The notes under the pieces were generated by a model. That model saw nothing but the letters and a program-made list of their open reading frames with translations. It did no database searches and was not told the origin of the DNA. This document shows, in pieces, positions 27,456 to 37,521 of a stretch of DNA of 53,474 bases. Every line of letters starts with the position of its first letter. The first letter of the stretch is position 1. A program made the translations under genes and the position numbers. The DNA is from Anaerolineae bacterium. GTDB taxonomy: Bacteria > Chloroflexota > Anaerolineae > B4-G1 > SLSP01. The stretch covers positions 1-53,474 of the forward strand of contig JAXGUU010000001.1 in the NCBI GenBank assembly GCA_040774145.1, read 5' to 3'.

Positions 27456-28751
27456 ATGGCTGACCGCATCAAGGTCATGATCGTTGATGACATCGCGGAG
27501 ACGCGAGAGCAGCTGCGCAAGCTGCTCTCGTTTGATCCTGATATCGAGGTCGTGGCGATGGCCTCAACCGGTGAGGAAGCCGTCGAGACCGTGTCCCAGG
27601 CGATGCCCGATGTCATCCTGATGGACATCAACCTTCCGGGGATTGATGGCATCGCAGCCACGGCGAAGGTGATCGAGGCGCTCCCGACCGTGCAAGTGAT
27701 CATGCTATCGGTCCAGGGAGAGACCGACTATCTACGCCGTGCGATGATGGCCGGCGCACGAGATTACCTGACCAAGCCGCCGGGTGCCGATGAATTGCTG
27801 GATGCCATCCATCGCGCCCACGTGCTCAAACAGAAGATGCACACGGGACCGCTGGGTCCTGCTCCGTCCGGAGGGCCCGCAACGGGTCGTGCCGCCGCCC
27901 AAGCTGCCCCGGCCCTAGAGGCCGAGGTGATCACGATCTACAGCCCCAAAGGGGGCACCGGATGCACCACGCTGACCGTGAACCTGGCGATTGCCTTGCA
28001 GAACATGCTGGGACAGGAGGCGAAGATCTGTCTCGTCGACGGCAATCTGCAGTTCGGGGATGTCTCGGTCTTTATGAAGCTTCAGCCTTCTCGGACGCTC
28101 GCCGATCTGGCACCCCATGCGGCTGATCTGGATCCGCATCTATTGGATAGCATCTTGGTCACGCACGATTCCGGGGTCAGGGTCCTGTGTGCCCCGGCCT
28201 CACCCGAGGAGGCAGAGATCTTCCGTGAGGGTGGTGTGGAGGAGTCGGGCGCGAACAGCCATTTTCACACGATTCTCGCTTTTCTGCGACCGCAGTTTGA
28301 CTACATTCTGATCGACACAGCGCATCAGGTGGATGATGTCTTGCTAGCGGCACTGGATGTGAGTGACCTGGTCTTGGTGGTGACGCGTCCCATCATTCCT
28401 GAGATCCGTGGAGCACGGTTGTTCGTCGAACTTCTGCGCAAGCTCAACTATGACTTCGCCAAACTCGGATTGGTGATCAATGGCGTGGACAGCAAGCGTA
28501 TGGGTATTCAGCCGGAGGCGATTGAGCGTGCGATGATGCCCGCTCTCGCACATATCGCCCTTGATGAACGAACGGCGCTGCGCTCGGCCAATCTTGGTGA
28601 GCCGTTGATGATGAAGGGCGCCCGAACTCCGCTGGGGCAAGGCATCACCGCCTTGGCGGAGAAGGTCCATGAGGTGGTTCATAGGACTGTGGACGAGGAG
28701 CAGCCCACGGCTGAGTCCCCACGCCGTGCGGGTCTGGGACGGTTACTGTAG
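27456..28751 (+). CDS. cpaE: CheY-like receiver fused to a CpaE/TadZ (MinD/ParA-type) pilus-assembly ATPase
   Basis: The REC domain has all canonical positions (VMIVDD, DVILMDINLPGIDG, IMLSVQG, YLTKPP). The P-loop is IYSPKGGTGCTTLTVNLA. Confidence 0.85.
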   Translation: MADRIKVMIVDDIAETREQLRKLLSFDPDIEVVAMASTGEEAVETVSQAMPDVILMDINLPGIDGIAATAKVIEALPTVQVIMLSVQGETDYLRRAMMAGARDYLTKPPGADELLDAIHRAHVLKQKMHTGPLGPAPSGGPATGRAAAQAAPALEAEVITIYSPKGGTGCTTLTVNLAIALQNMLGQEAKICLVDGNLQFGDVSVFMKLQPSRTLADLAPHAADLDPHLLDSILVTHDSGVRVLCAPASPEEAEIFREGGVEESGANSHFHTILAFLRPQFDYILIDTAHQVDDVLLAALDVSDLVLVVTRPIIPEIRGARLFVELLRKLNYDFAKLGLVINGVDSKRMGIQPEAIERAMMPALAHIALDERTALRSANLGEPLMMKGARTPLGQGITALAEKVHEVVHRTVDEEQPTAESPRRAGLGRLL

Positions 28752-28784
28752 CCCAAGTCGTCGTTGGGCTGACATGCGAGGTGG

Positions 28785-30191
28785 ATGATGTCGCTCTTAC
28801 GTAGGATGGAGAAGAAACCGACGGATACGGCGGATCGGGAGAGCCGGCCCGCGGAGTCCGGGGTGCGACCGAACGCATCGGCAGAGCGTGGCGTGCAGCG
28901 GCGTCCGGTGCCCCAGGCCCGCGACGCCTACATGGATCTCAAGAACCGGGTACAGAACCGGTTGATCGCCGAAATGGACCCGGCGATGGATGTCTCGCGG
29001 ACCAATGATGTCCGTCAGACGATCAAGATGATGTACGATGAGATCCTCCAAGAGGAAAGCATCATCCTCGGGCGGCGCGAGCGCGATGCGCTCTTCGAGG
29101 TCATTGTCGCCGAGATTCTGGGCCTCGGACCGTTGGAGCCCTTGCTCGCCGATGAGTCCATCAGTGAGATCATGGTCAATGGTTCGAAGAAGATCTTTGT
29201 GGAACGTAACGGCAGGATCCAACGTGCCAACGTCGCCTTCGAATCTGATGAGCACCTCATGCGGATTATCGAGCGCATCGTTGCTCCGCTTGGACGGCGT
29301 ATCGACGAGAGCAGCCCCACCGTCGACGCACGCCTCAAGGATGGATCCCGTGTCAACGCTGTGATCCCTCCCATCTCGTTGCAGGGCCCTATTCTGACGA
29401 TCCGTAAGTTCTTCAAACAGCCGCTGACGGTGGAGGACTTGATTCGCTTCGGAACCGTGACGGAGGAGTCCATCGAGTTCCTGCGTGCATCTGTGGTCGC
29501 TGCTGTGAACGTCATCGTCTCAGGCGGCACGGGCACGGGAAAGACCACCTTCCTCAATGTGCTCTCAAGCTTTATTCCCGCTGAGGATCGCATCATCACC
29601 ATTGAGAATGCTGCGGAGCTGCAGTTGCGTCAGGAGCACGTCGTCACGTTGGAGTCCCGCCCCCCGAACGTGGAGGGACGTGGCGAGATCGCGATCCGCG
29701 ATCTGGTGATCAACTCCCTGCGAATGCGCCCCGATCGCATCGTCGTGGGTGAGTGTCGTGGTGGTGAGGCGCTGGATATGCTCCAGGCGATGAATACGGG
29801 TCACGAGGGCAGTATGACGACCATCCACGCCAACACCACACGTGATGCGTTATCGCGGTTGGAGACGATGGTGCTGATGGCGGGTATGGAGCTGCCCCAC
29901 CGGGCGATTCGCGAGCAGGTAGCTGCGGCGATTGATATGATTGTGCAACTGGAGCGTCTGCGCGATGGTTCGCGCCGTGTGGTCTCCATTACCGAGGTGC
30001 AGGGGATGGAGGGCGACGTGATCACGACGGCGGACATCTTCAAATTCGAGCAGAGCGGGTACGAAAATGGGCGGGTTATCGGCAAGCTCCGCCCTACCGG
30101 CATTCGTCCCAAGTTCATCGATCGCATTGAACAATCTGGGATCCACTTGCCCCCCTCTATCTTCGGTGTCGCCCAGCGCTTGAGATACTGA
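28785..30191 (+). CDS. cpaF: Tad pilus secretion ATPase CpaF/TadA
   Basis: Walker [15 protein letters not shown], and [28 protein letters not shown]. Confidence 0.92.
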   Translation: MMSLLRRMEKKPTDTADRESRPAESGVRPNASAERGVQRRPVPQARDAYMDLKNRVQNRLIAEMDPAMDVSRTNDVRQTIKMMYDEILQEESIILGRRERDALFEVIVAEILGLGPLEPLLADESISEIMVNGSKKIFVERNGRIQRANVAFESDEHLMRIIERIVAPLGRRIDESSPTVDARLKDGSRVNAVIPPISLQGPILTIRKFFKQPLTVEDLIRFGTVTEESIEFLRASVVAAVNVIVSGGTGTGKTTFLNVLSSFIPAEDRIITIENAAELQLRQEHVVTLESRPPNVEGRGEIAIRDLVINSLRMRPDRIVVGECRGGEALDMLQAMNTGHEGSMTTIHANTTRDALSRLETMVLMAGMELPHRAIREQVAAAIDMIVQLERLRDGSRRVVSITEVQGMEGDVITTADIFKFEQSGYENGRVIGKLRPTGIRPKFIDRIEQSGIHLPPSIFGVAQRLRY

Positions 30192-30259
30192 GTCGCCGGT
30201 TCGGCATGGTTTTGCCCGGCGGGCCTAAGGCCTGCCCTATGCGGAGAGGTTGACCGACT

Positions 30260-31216
30260 ATGGAAATCCTATACGTGGTTGGCGGCGTTGCCCTTCTTGC
30301 GGTGATCCTCCTGGTCGTTGGGCTATCCCGCGGCTCGTCAGGGGACGCTCTGCTTGAGGAGAGGCTGGGGCGTGCCGAGCGTGGCGGTCGGAAGGCGGAT
30401 CGTAATGGCGAGAAGTCGGCCCGCAAGGATAGCTTCGTTAGCTCGGCGGTCGATCGAGCCGTCGAGGGACGCAGTTTCGCCCAGAACCTGGCGACTCAGC
30501 TGGCCCAAGCTGACCTCAAGTGGACGGTGGGCGAGTTTCTTGTCTTGACGGTGCTCGTCGCGTTGTCGCTGGGACTCCTCTTCTATGCTATGGGGCGCTT
30601 CGTGCTCATCCCTGTCGGCATCGTGGCCGGCTTCTTCCTCCCCCGGATCTATTTGGGGATGCGCAAGAGCAAACGGCTCAGCGAGTTCAATGGGCAGCTC
30701 GGTGACGCGCTTAACCTCATTGTCAACTCGCTGCGCGCCGGCTACAGCACGACTCAGGCCCTTGAGGTGATCTCGAATGAGATGCCCTCGCCCATTTCCG
30801 ATGAGTTTGGGCGGGTGGTGCTTGAGCTCCAGCTCGGCGTCCCGTTCGACACGGCCATGGCGAACCTGTTGCGTCGTATGCCCAGCGCCGATATGGACCT
30901 CATCATCACGGCGATGAGCGTACAGCGTGAGGTGGGTGGTAACCTTGCTGAGGTTTTGGATGCGATCAGCTTCACTATTCGTGAGCGCGTGCGCATCAAG
31001 GGAGAGATCAGGACACTGACCTCTCAGGGACGGTATACGGGATATCTGATCACAGCGTTGCCGTTCGTGCTCGGCTTAGTGATCTATATGATCAACCCCG
31101 AGTTTATGAGCCCTCTGTTCACCGACCCTTGTGGCTGGATGATGGTGGGGATCTCCTTGGTGCTGATCGTCATCGGGTATATCTCGATCAACAAGATCGT
31201 AAGCATCGAGGTCTGA
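30260..31216 (+). CDS. tadB: Tad pilus inner-membrane platform protein TadB (T2SS-F domain)
   Basis: 318 aa. N-terminal TM, central cytoplasmic T2SSF-like region (LGDALNLIVNSLRAGYSTTQAL), C-terminal TM pair. Confidence 0.8.
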   Translation: MEILYVVGGVALLAVILLVVGLSRGSSGDALLEERLGRAERGGRKADRNGEKSARKDSFVSSAVDRAVEGRSFAQNLATQLAQADLKWTVGEFLVLTVLVALSLGLLFYAMGRFVLIPVGIVAGFFLPRIYLGMRKSKRLSEFNGQLGDALNLIVNSLRAGYSTTQALEVISNEMPSPISDEFGRVVLELQLGVPFDTAMANLLRRMPSADMDLIITAMSVQREVGGNLAEVLDAISFTIRERVRIKGEIRTLTSQGRYTGYLITALPFVLGLVIYMINPEFMSPLFTDPCGWMMVGISLVLIVIGYISINKIVSIEV

Positions 31217-31225
31217 GGAGGGACG

Positions 31226-32158
31226 ATGGAGCCGTTGGTTATAATCGGTGCCCTTGTGTTGCTGGTCGCGCTCCTGGTCGTGCTGGTGTTGCGTGGGCGC
31301 GGCTCCTCTCAGAGCATCGAGGAGCGCCTCAACGAGCTCTCTGCGTTGGGACAGTCGGTGACCCTCGAGGAGTTGGAGCTCTCTCAGCCCTTCTATCAGC
31401 GGGTGATGGTGCCCGCGATCGAGGCGCTCAGCCGCCTGGCTCAGCGCTTCACGCCTCAGAACACGCTCGAGAGCATCCGGCACCAACTGGAACTCGCCGG
31501 ACTCGGGCACAAGATCAAGGCGGCCCACTTCCTCGGCTATCGGATTGGTGGTGCACTGGTCCTGGGCACCCTGTCGCTCTTGATGGTCTTTGCCTCCACC
31601 GTCCCTCTCGGACAGAGGCTGTTGATCATCCTCGTCGCCTTTATGATGGGTTACCTCTTGCCGGGCATCTGGCTCGGATCGAAGATCTCGAAGCGGCAGG
31701 AGGAGATCACCAAAGCCATGCCTGATGCCCTCGACCTGCTGACGATCTGCGTGGAGGCCGGATTGGGGTTTGATGCGTCTATGCAGAAAGTGGCAGAAAA
31801 GTGGGATAACGAACTCAGCCGTGCCTTCATGCGGACCGTTCAGGAGATGCAGCTAGGCAAACTACGGCGTGAGGCATTGCGTGATATGGCCGGCAGTATG
31901 GATGTGGCCGACGTGACGAGTTTCACCGCGGCGATTATCCAGGCTGACCAGCTGGGTGTGAGTATGGCCAAGGTGATGCGTATTCAGTCCGATACGATGC
32001 GGATGAAGCGCCGCCAGCGGGCTGAGGAAAAGGCCCGCCAAGCACCCGTGAAGATGATGATCCCGTTGGTCTTCTTCATCTTCCCCACGATCCTGATCGT
32101 GCTGCTGGGGCCGGCGATGATCCAGATCAGGGATTCCGGTGTGTTGGGGGGCTTCTAG
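31226..32158 (+). CDS. tadC: Tad pilus inner-membrane platform protein TadC (T2SS-F domain)
   Basis: 310 aa. MPDALDLLTICVEAGLGFDASM plus a C-terminal TM region. Paralogue of tadB. Confidence 0.8.
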   Translation: MEPLVIIGALVLLVALLVVLVLRGRGSSQSIEERLNELSALGQSVTLEELELSQPFYQRVMVPAIEALSRLAQRFTPQNTLESIRHQLELAGLGHKIKAAHFLGYRIGGALVLGTLSLLMVFASTVPLGQRLLIILVAFMMGYLLPGIWLGSKISKRQEEITKAMPDALDLLTICVEAGLGFDASMQKVAEKWDNELSRAFMRTVQEMQLGKLRREALRDMAGSMDVADVTSFTAAIIQADQLGVSMAKVMRIQSDTMRMKRRQRAEEKARQAPVKMMIPLVFFIFPTILIVLLGPAMIQIRDSGVLGGF

Positions 32159-32186
32159 GCAGTCCTGACGATCGATCACCTGGAGC

Positions 32187-32921
32187 GTGCGCGTGACGCA
32201 CGAAAGCGTTCTAAACTCCACGACTCGCTCTGTCCGGGGACTCGGGCGGTGGGTACTGGATCTGGTCCTTCCGCCGAGTTGTGTCGTGTGCGGGCATCTC
32301 GAGACGTGGTTGTGCGAGACCTGTGCGGATCACCTCACGCCAACCGATCGCCCTGTCTGTCCTCGTTGCGGCGATCATTGGGAAGGGCCGGGTGTGTGTA
32401 TGCGGTGTCGTGCACATCCTCTGCACGTTGCGCCGATTCGTTCGCTATTCCTCTTCGAGGGACCTGTTCGGGATGCCATCCATGCGCTCAAGTATCGGGG
32501 CGGACGTGATGTCGCTACGCCTCTCGGGGCACGCATGGCAGAGATCTGGGTAGAGCGGCATCTCACAACCGACCTACTGGTGCCGGTGCCGCTTCATGTT
32601 GATCGTGAAGCAAAACGTGGCTATAATCAGTCTACACTGTTAGCGCGTGAGCTGGCGCGTCGGGTCGGCGTTTCATCGGATGAGTGCCTGCTTTTCCGCA
32701 CTCGGCCCACGCCGTCGCAGGCTAAGCTCGAGCGCCATCAACGTTGGCACAATGTCAGGGATGCGTTTTTGTGTCCCGAGGACCGTGATCTCACGGGGCT
32801 TGTGATCACGTTGGTGGACGATGTGGTCACCACGGGAGCCACACTGGAGGCTTGTGCCGTGGCATTGCTCGCCCAGGGCGCAAGACGGGTGAACGCATAC
32901 ACGTTGTCGCACGCCGTATGA
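32187..32921 (+). CDS. comFC: ComF-family protein (ComFC-type, zinc finger plus phosphoribosyltransferase fold)
   Basis: Cys pairs CVVCGH ... CETC and CPRCG ... CMRC. PRTase loop LVITLVDDVVTTGATL. The start is GTG 32187 or GTG 32193 (better spaced from GGAG at 32182-32185). It begins 29 nt after tadC. Confidence 0.8.
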   Translation: MRVTHESVLNSTTRSVRGLGRWVLDLVLPPSCVVCGHLETWLCETCADHLTPTDRPVCPRCGDHWEGPGVCMRCRAHPLHVAPIRSLFLFEGPVRDAIHALKYRGGRDVATPLGARMAEIWVERHLTTDLLVPVPLHVDREAKRGYNQSTLLARELARRVGVSSDECLLFRTRPTPSQAKLERHQRWHNVRDAFLCPEDRDLTGLVITLVDDVVTTGATLEACAVALLAQGARRVNAYTLSHAV

Positions 32922-32953
32922 GCGCCAATCTTAGTGATAAGGAGGGTTCACAC

Positions 32954-33499
32954 ATGGAGACGCTGCAGATTTATACCCGGAACCTGGAGTTGACGGACCG
33001 ATTACGTGATTACGTAGAGGCGAAAGTCTCCAAGCTTCAGCGGCATCTGCCCAATCTGGACAGCATTCGGGTTGATCTCTCAGAGAGCAATGCCAGGGAT
33101 AACACACGGCGTATGGTCGCTCAGATCACGATCTATGTGCCCAAGGCGATCCTGCGGGCAGAGGAGCGGGGAGGCGATATCTTCGCCGCAGTGGATTCGG
33201 TGATGGACAAGATGTCCCGCCGTGTTGAACGCTACAAGGGACGTCAGCGCACCAGCCGTCGCGTACCGGCTACTGTGATCTCGCTCGAGCCAACAGCCGA
33301 GGCCGAGTTGGAGGAAGCGCCCAGCATCGCTCGTGTGAAGGAGTTTGAGGTCAGCTCGATTCTGGCAGACGAGGCGATCGAGCAGATGGAGCTGTTGGGG
33401 CACCATTTCTTCATCTTTGTGGACGCAGCCGATGGGCGCATCAGCGTTGTGTATCGTCGAGATGATGGTGACTACGGGATTCTGAAGCCGCTCTACTGA
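32954..33499 (+). CDS. hpf: Ribosome hibernation promoting factor, long form
   Basis: IYTRNLELTDRLRDYVEAKVSKL, and the C-terminal dimerisation block HHFFIFVDAADGRISVVYRRDDGDYGIL. GGAGGG precedes ATG 32954. The track ORF starts at 32852. Confidence 0.9.
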   Translation: METLQIYTRNLELTDRLRDYVEAKVSKLQRHLPNLDSIRVDLSESNARDNTRRMVAQITIYVPKAILRAEERGGDIFAAVDSVMDKMSRRVERYKGRQRTSRRVPATVISLEPTAEAELEEAPSIARVKEFEVSSILADEAIEQMELLGHHFFIFVDAADGRISVVYRRDDGDYGILKPLY

Positions 33500-33520
33500 T
33501 TCGATCCCCCGAGCACACAG

Positions 33521-33552
33521 CATCGAGGCGCACCCCGGGGTGCGCCTCGATG
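33521..33552. terminator. Perfect 32-nt palindrome between convergent hpf and lon
   Basis: CATCGAGGCGCACCCC / GGGGTGCGCCTCGATG, followed by GCTTTCTG on the plus strand. Confidence 0.65.
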
Positions 33553-33581
33553 GCTTTCTGATGCTTGATAGGCGGGTCGTC

Positions 33582-35990
33582 CTAGGGGGTCGGGTCGGCG
33601 GCACGCTCGATGATCAGCGCCTCGCGCAGCACCTCATCCATCGTCTCGACGAGGGTCAGCTTGACCTGCTTACGGATCTCCTTTGGGATCTCGGGCAGGT
33701 CCTTTTGGTTGCGCTTGGGCAGGAGCACCTTGACGATGCCGGCGCGGTGGGCTGCCAGAAGCTTCTCCTTCAGGCCTCCGACCTCAAGGACACGCCCTCG
33801 TAACGTGATCTCGCCCGTCATCGCAACATCGCGACGCACCGGATGCTCGGTGAATGCGGAGCACAAAGCGGTGGCGATGGTGATCCCTCCGGAAGGGCCG
33901 TCTTTGGGGATACCCCCTTCCGGGAAGTGGATGTGAATATCGGTCTTGTCGAAGATGCTGGCATCGAGCTCCCAATGGGCAGCCCGCGACCGGAGGTAGG
34001 TAAGCGCTGCCTGGGCGGATTCCCGCATGACATCACCCAGCTGTCCCGTCAGCGTCAGCTGCCCTTTGCCGGGCATCAGCGCGACCTCAACGGGTAACAG
34101 ATCTCCGCCGTCAGCGGTCCACGCCAGGCCCGTAGCGAGTCCAACGACATGGTTGTCCTCGATGGGGTTCTGCTGGTAACGGGGCGGGCCGAGATAGCGT
34201 CGCAGCGACTTGGACGTGATGGTGCGCAGCGAGCGCTTTTCCTCGGCAAGCCGCCGGGTTGCTTTGCGGCAGAGGCTGCCGATCTCACGCTCAAGATTGC
34301 GGACCCCGGCCTCATAGGTGTAGTCCTGGATGAGCGTGCGCAGCGTCGGGGTCGGGAAGCGCAGGGGCGCCTCCGCCAGGCCGTTTCTTTCGATCTGTCT
34401 GGGGATGAGGAAACGCTTCGCGATTTCGATCTTCTCGAGCTCTGTGTAGCCGGGGAACTCAATCACCTCCATGCGGTCCTCGAGGGCCGGCGGTAGGGTG
34501 CTCATCACATTAGCGGTCGCCACGAAAAGGACCTTCGAGAGATCATAGGGAATCTCAAGGTAGTGGTCGGAAAAGGCGTGGTTCTGCTCGGGGTCCAGGA
34601 CCTCGAGTAGCGCCGACGAAGGATCACCGCGGAAGTCAGCCCCGATCTTGTCGACCTCGTCCAGCATAAAGACCGGGTTGACCGTTCCCGCCCGCCGCAT
34701 CGTCTGAAGGATCCTGCCGGGGAGCGCCCCGATGTAGGTGCGTCGGTGCCCGCGGATCTCGGCCTCGTCACGCACGCCGCCCAGTGAGACGCGAACGAAC
34801 TCTCTCCCGAGGGCTGCGGCAATCGACCGTCCCAGCGAGGTCTTGCCGGTTCCGGGAGGGCCGACGAAGCAGAGGATGGTGCTCTGCTGCCGGGCCGGCG
34901 CGATCTTGCGTACGGCTATGTACTCCAAGATGCGCTCTTTGGCCTTGGGGAGCCCGTAATGCTGGGATGCGAGAAGGCGCTCGGCGTGACGGATGTCGAG
35001 GTGGTCCTCCGTCTCCTGGTGCCAGGGAAGATTGAGGAGCCAACCCAGATAGGTGCGGATGATGCCCACCTCCGGCGCCATAGCCGGCATCATCGACAGC
35101 CGTTGCAGCTCCTCCTCCGCTCGCTCGCGGACGTGGTCGGGCAGAGCCGGATCGGATAGTTGCTCTCGCACCGTCAGTAGGTCTCTTGAGAACGCATCCG
35201 CCTCGCCCAATTCCTCCTGGATGGCACGCATCTGCTCGCGTAGGAAGTACTCCCTCTGGCTCTTGTCGACTTCCTCTTGCACGGTGGTGTGGATCTGATT
35301 CTCCAGCTCCAGCACATCGAGCTCTTGTGCCAGCAAGGCGCTGATCTTCTGGAGACGATCGGTGACCGCGACGGTTTCCAAGAGATCCTGTCGCGCTTCC
35401 GTCGGGAGGTTGACGATCTGTGCGATGACATCGGCCAACTGCCCTGGAGCGCCGACGTTCATCGCGTAGACATAGGCTTCCTCGGGCAGCGCTTGGTTGA
35501 GTTGGACAATCTTCTCGAACATCGCCAATGCCGCCCGGGTTAGGGCCTCGGTGAGGGCCGTGGTGTCTGCGGGTTCCGGCAAGGGCTCGAAGGTGCCGAT
35601 GAGGTAGGGTTGTTCCTGGACGACGTTGACGAGCTTGACGCGGCCTGCTCCCTGGGCAATGGCGCTGGTCGTGCCGTCGGGCAAGCGAATCGATCGTGCG
35701 ATCACAACCTCTGTGCCCACATCGTAGAGATCGTCCGATGCCGGGTAGTCCTCCAGTTCGCCATCCCGTTGGGCGATCACCACGACCGGCCAGTCCTCCT
35801 GGATGGCGATCGACATCGCCTGCAGAGAACGCTCACGACCGATGTAGAGGGGGGTCACCATCTGGGGATAGACAACGAGGTCTCGTAGGGGGAGGACGAT
35901 GGCCTCAAACGGCCCGTTTTCGGCGGGGCCGTTATCGAAGGTCTCGCCGAAGAGATCTTCAGGCGACAGCGGCAGTTTGTCCCAATCCAT
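33582..35990 (-). CDS. lon: ATP-dependent Lon protease
   Basis: N-domain [21 protein letters not shown]. Walker [18 protein letters not shown]. Catalytic-Ser block [17 protein letters not shown] 35990 shares one base with the folC stop (TGATG). Confidence 0.95.
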   Translation of the reverse strand: MDWDKLPLSPEDLFGETFDNGPAENGPFEAIVLPLRDLVVYPQMVTPLYIGRERSLQAMSIAIQEDWPVVVIAQRDGELEDYPASDDLYDVGTEVVIARSIRLPDGTTSAIAQGAGRVKLVNVVQEQPYLIGTFEPLPEPADTTALTEALTRAALAMFEKIVQLNQALPEEAYVYAMNVGAPGQLADVIAQIVNLPTEARQDLLETVAVTDRLQKISALLAQELDVLELENQIHTTVQEEVDKSQREYFLREQMRAIQEELGEADAFSRDLLTVREQLSDPALPDHVRERAEEELQRLSMMPAMAPEVGIIRTYLGWLLNLPWHQETEDHLDIRHAERLLASQHYGLPKAKERILEYIAVRKIAPARQQSTILCFVGPPGTGKTSLGRSIAAALGREFVRVSLGGVRDEAEIRGHRRTYIGALPGRILQTMRRAGTVNPVFMLDEVDKIGADFRGDPSSALLEVLDPEQNHAFSDHYLEIPYDLSKVLFVATANVMSTLPPALEDRMEVIEFPGYTELEKIEIAKRFLIPRQIERNGLAEAPLRFPTPTLRTLIQDYTYEAGVRNLEREIGSLCRKATRRLAEEKRSLRTITSKSLRRYLGPPRYQQNPIEDNHVVGLATGLAWTADGGDLLPVEVALMPGKGQLTLTGQLGDVMRESAQAALTYLRSRAAHWELDASIFDKTDIHIHFPEGGIPKDGPSGGITIATALCSAFTEHPVRRDVAMTGEITLRGRVLEVGGLKEKLLAAHRAGIVKVLLPKRNQKDLPEIPKEIRKQVKLTLVETMDEVLREALIIERAADPTP

Positions 35991-37375
35991 CACGATGCTG
36001 GTTCCCAGGGCTCGTCGACCCAGTCGCCCATGGGGAGCTGCAGATCGGTGTGCACATTGTGGTCTTTGTTGGCCCATGCCTCGCGCATCTCAGCTGCGAT
36101 GAAGATCGAACCGGTCGCCAGGATGCCCTGTCCGGGGCCGGTCCGACGGGTCGCTTCTTCGAGCGCGCGTTGAGGATTCACCGCGATCTCTGCACCGTGT
36201 CCCAGATCGGCGCACAGATCCGCCAATGCGTAAGGCGTGGCTGCTCGCGGATGGTAGGAGCGTGTGACGATGACGTGTTCACTTATCGGCAGCAGCGCCT
36301 TGAGCATACCCTCGATGTCCTTGTCTGTGGATGCCCCGAAGACGAGCACCCAGGATGTGTCCGGGAACCATGCCTTGAGTGACGTCGCCAATGCCTCGGC
36401 GGAGTAGGGATTATGAGCGCAGTCGACCAGGAGCAGGGGATCCTGGCTCAGGATTTCCATACGCCCGGGCCATGTGACGGTCTTCAGGGCGCGTCGGACC
36501 CTTTCGGGGGACACCCAGGTGTGGCCGTGGGCGTGCAGCGTCGCGGCAGTCGCGATGGCTACTGTGGCATTCTCCTGCTGGAAATCGCCCAGCAGATCGA
36601 CATCGTAGGTGCCCTCGAAAGCCGAAGGGGTGGCCGCTGTGACCGCGATCCTCTGTCCCTGCAGGTAGCGCGCGATCGGCGTCCAGGTCCAGTCCTCTCC
36701 GACCGCGGTGAACGGGGCGTTGCGATCGGCTGAGATGCGGCGCAGGACCTCCAGCGCCTCCGGTTTCTGCGGCGCTGTGACCACAGGAACCCCCGGCTTG
36801 ATGATGCCGCCCTTCTCATAGGCGATCTCTCCCAGGGTGTTGCCGAGGAGGTAGGTGTGATCCAGGCTGAGCGAGGTAATGACGCTGATCTCTGGGATGA
36901 TGACGTTGGTCGCGTCAAGGCGCCCACCGAGGCCGACTTCCATCACGGCTAGATCGACGTCTTCGCGCTGGAAGAAGAGAAAAGCCAGGGCTGTGGTCAC
37001 CTCGAAGGTCGTCAGCTCCGGCACGGTCTCGACGACCGGGATGAGCTCCTCGACGAGGTCGGCCATTCGCACCCGCGAGATCGGCGTCTGATTGATCTGC
37101 ATCCTCTCACGATAGGTGTGGAGGTGAGGTGACGTGTAGAGGCCGGTCTTGAGCCCGCTTGTCTCTGCAATGTGGGCGAGCATCGATGAGACCGAGCCCT
37201 TGCCTTTGGTACCGGCGATGTGCAGGGTCGGGTAGGCGCGATGCGGGTTGCCGAGTTTCTCCAGGAGGCGTTCGACCCGCTCAAGTTTGAACTCTCGCGG
37301 GGAATATCGATCGACACGACGCTTCTCATAATCGACTAAGCCGTACAGATAACGTAGGACATCGTGGTATTTCAT
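35990..37375 (-). CDS. folC: Folylpolyglutamate synthase / dihydrofolate synthase
   Basis: [16 protein letters not shown], Mur-ligase-like layout. The internal ATG at 37375 ([13 protein letters not shown]) gives the usual N-terminus. The track ORF starts at 37480. Confidence 0.88.
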   Translation of the reverse strand: MKYHDVLRYLYGLVDYEKRRVDRYSPREFKLERVERLLEKLGNPHRAYPTLHIAGTKGKGSVSSMLAHIAETSGLKTGLYTSPHLHTYRERMQINQTPISRVRMADLVEELIPVVETVPELTTFEVTTALAFLFFQREDVDLAVMEVGLGGRLDATNVIIPEISVITSLSLDHTYLLGNTLGEIAYEKGGIIKPGVPVVTAPQKPEALEVLRRISADRNAPFTAVGEDWTWTPIARYLQGQRIAVTAATPSAFEGTYDVDLLGDFQQENATVAIATAATLHAHGHTWVSPERVRRALKTVTWPGRMEILSQDPLLLVDCAHNPYSAEALATSLKAWFPDTSWVLVFGASTDKDIEGMLKALLPISEHVIVTRSYHPRAATPYALADLCADLGHGAEIAVNPQRALEEATRRTGPGQGILATGSIFIAAEMREAWANKDHNVHTDLQLPMGDWVDEPWEPAS

Positions 37376-37479
37376 AGGCTGGATGTCGGGTCCGTTTCTC
37401 TTCGTGGATGGTATCTCAGTCGGGCATTCTACCCTCTTTCGAGGCTCTGGCAAGATAACTTCCCCTTTTGAGCATTGCA

Positions 37480-37488
37480 TGCTACAGT
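37480..37488 (+). promoter_or_regulatory. Extended -10 element TGcTACAGT ahead of the SPFH-like cassette
   Basis: TG at 37480-37481 and TACAGT at 37483-37488. GGAGGAG lies before ATG 37522. Confidence 0.3.
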
Positions 37489-37521
37489 GAGCGCCAGGTC
37501 TGTGGGCTGGAGGAGAAGGGT

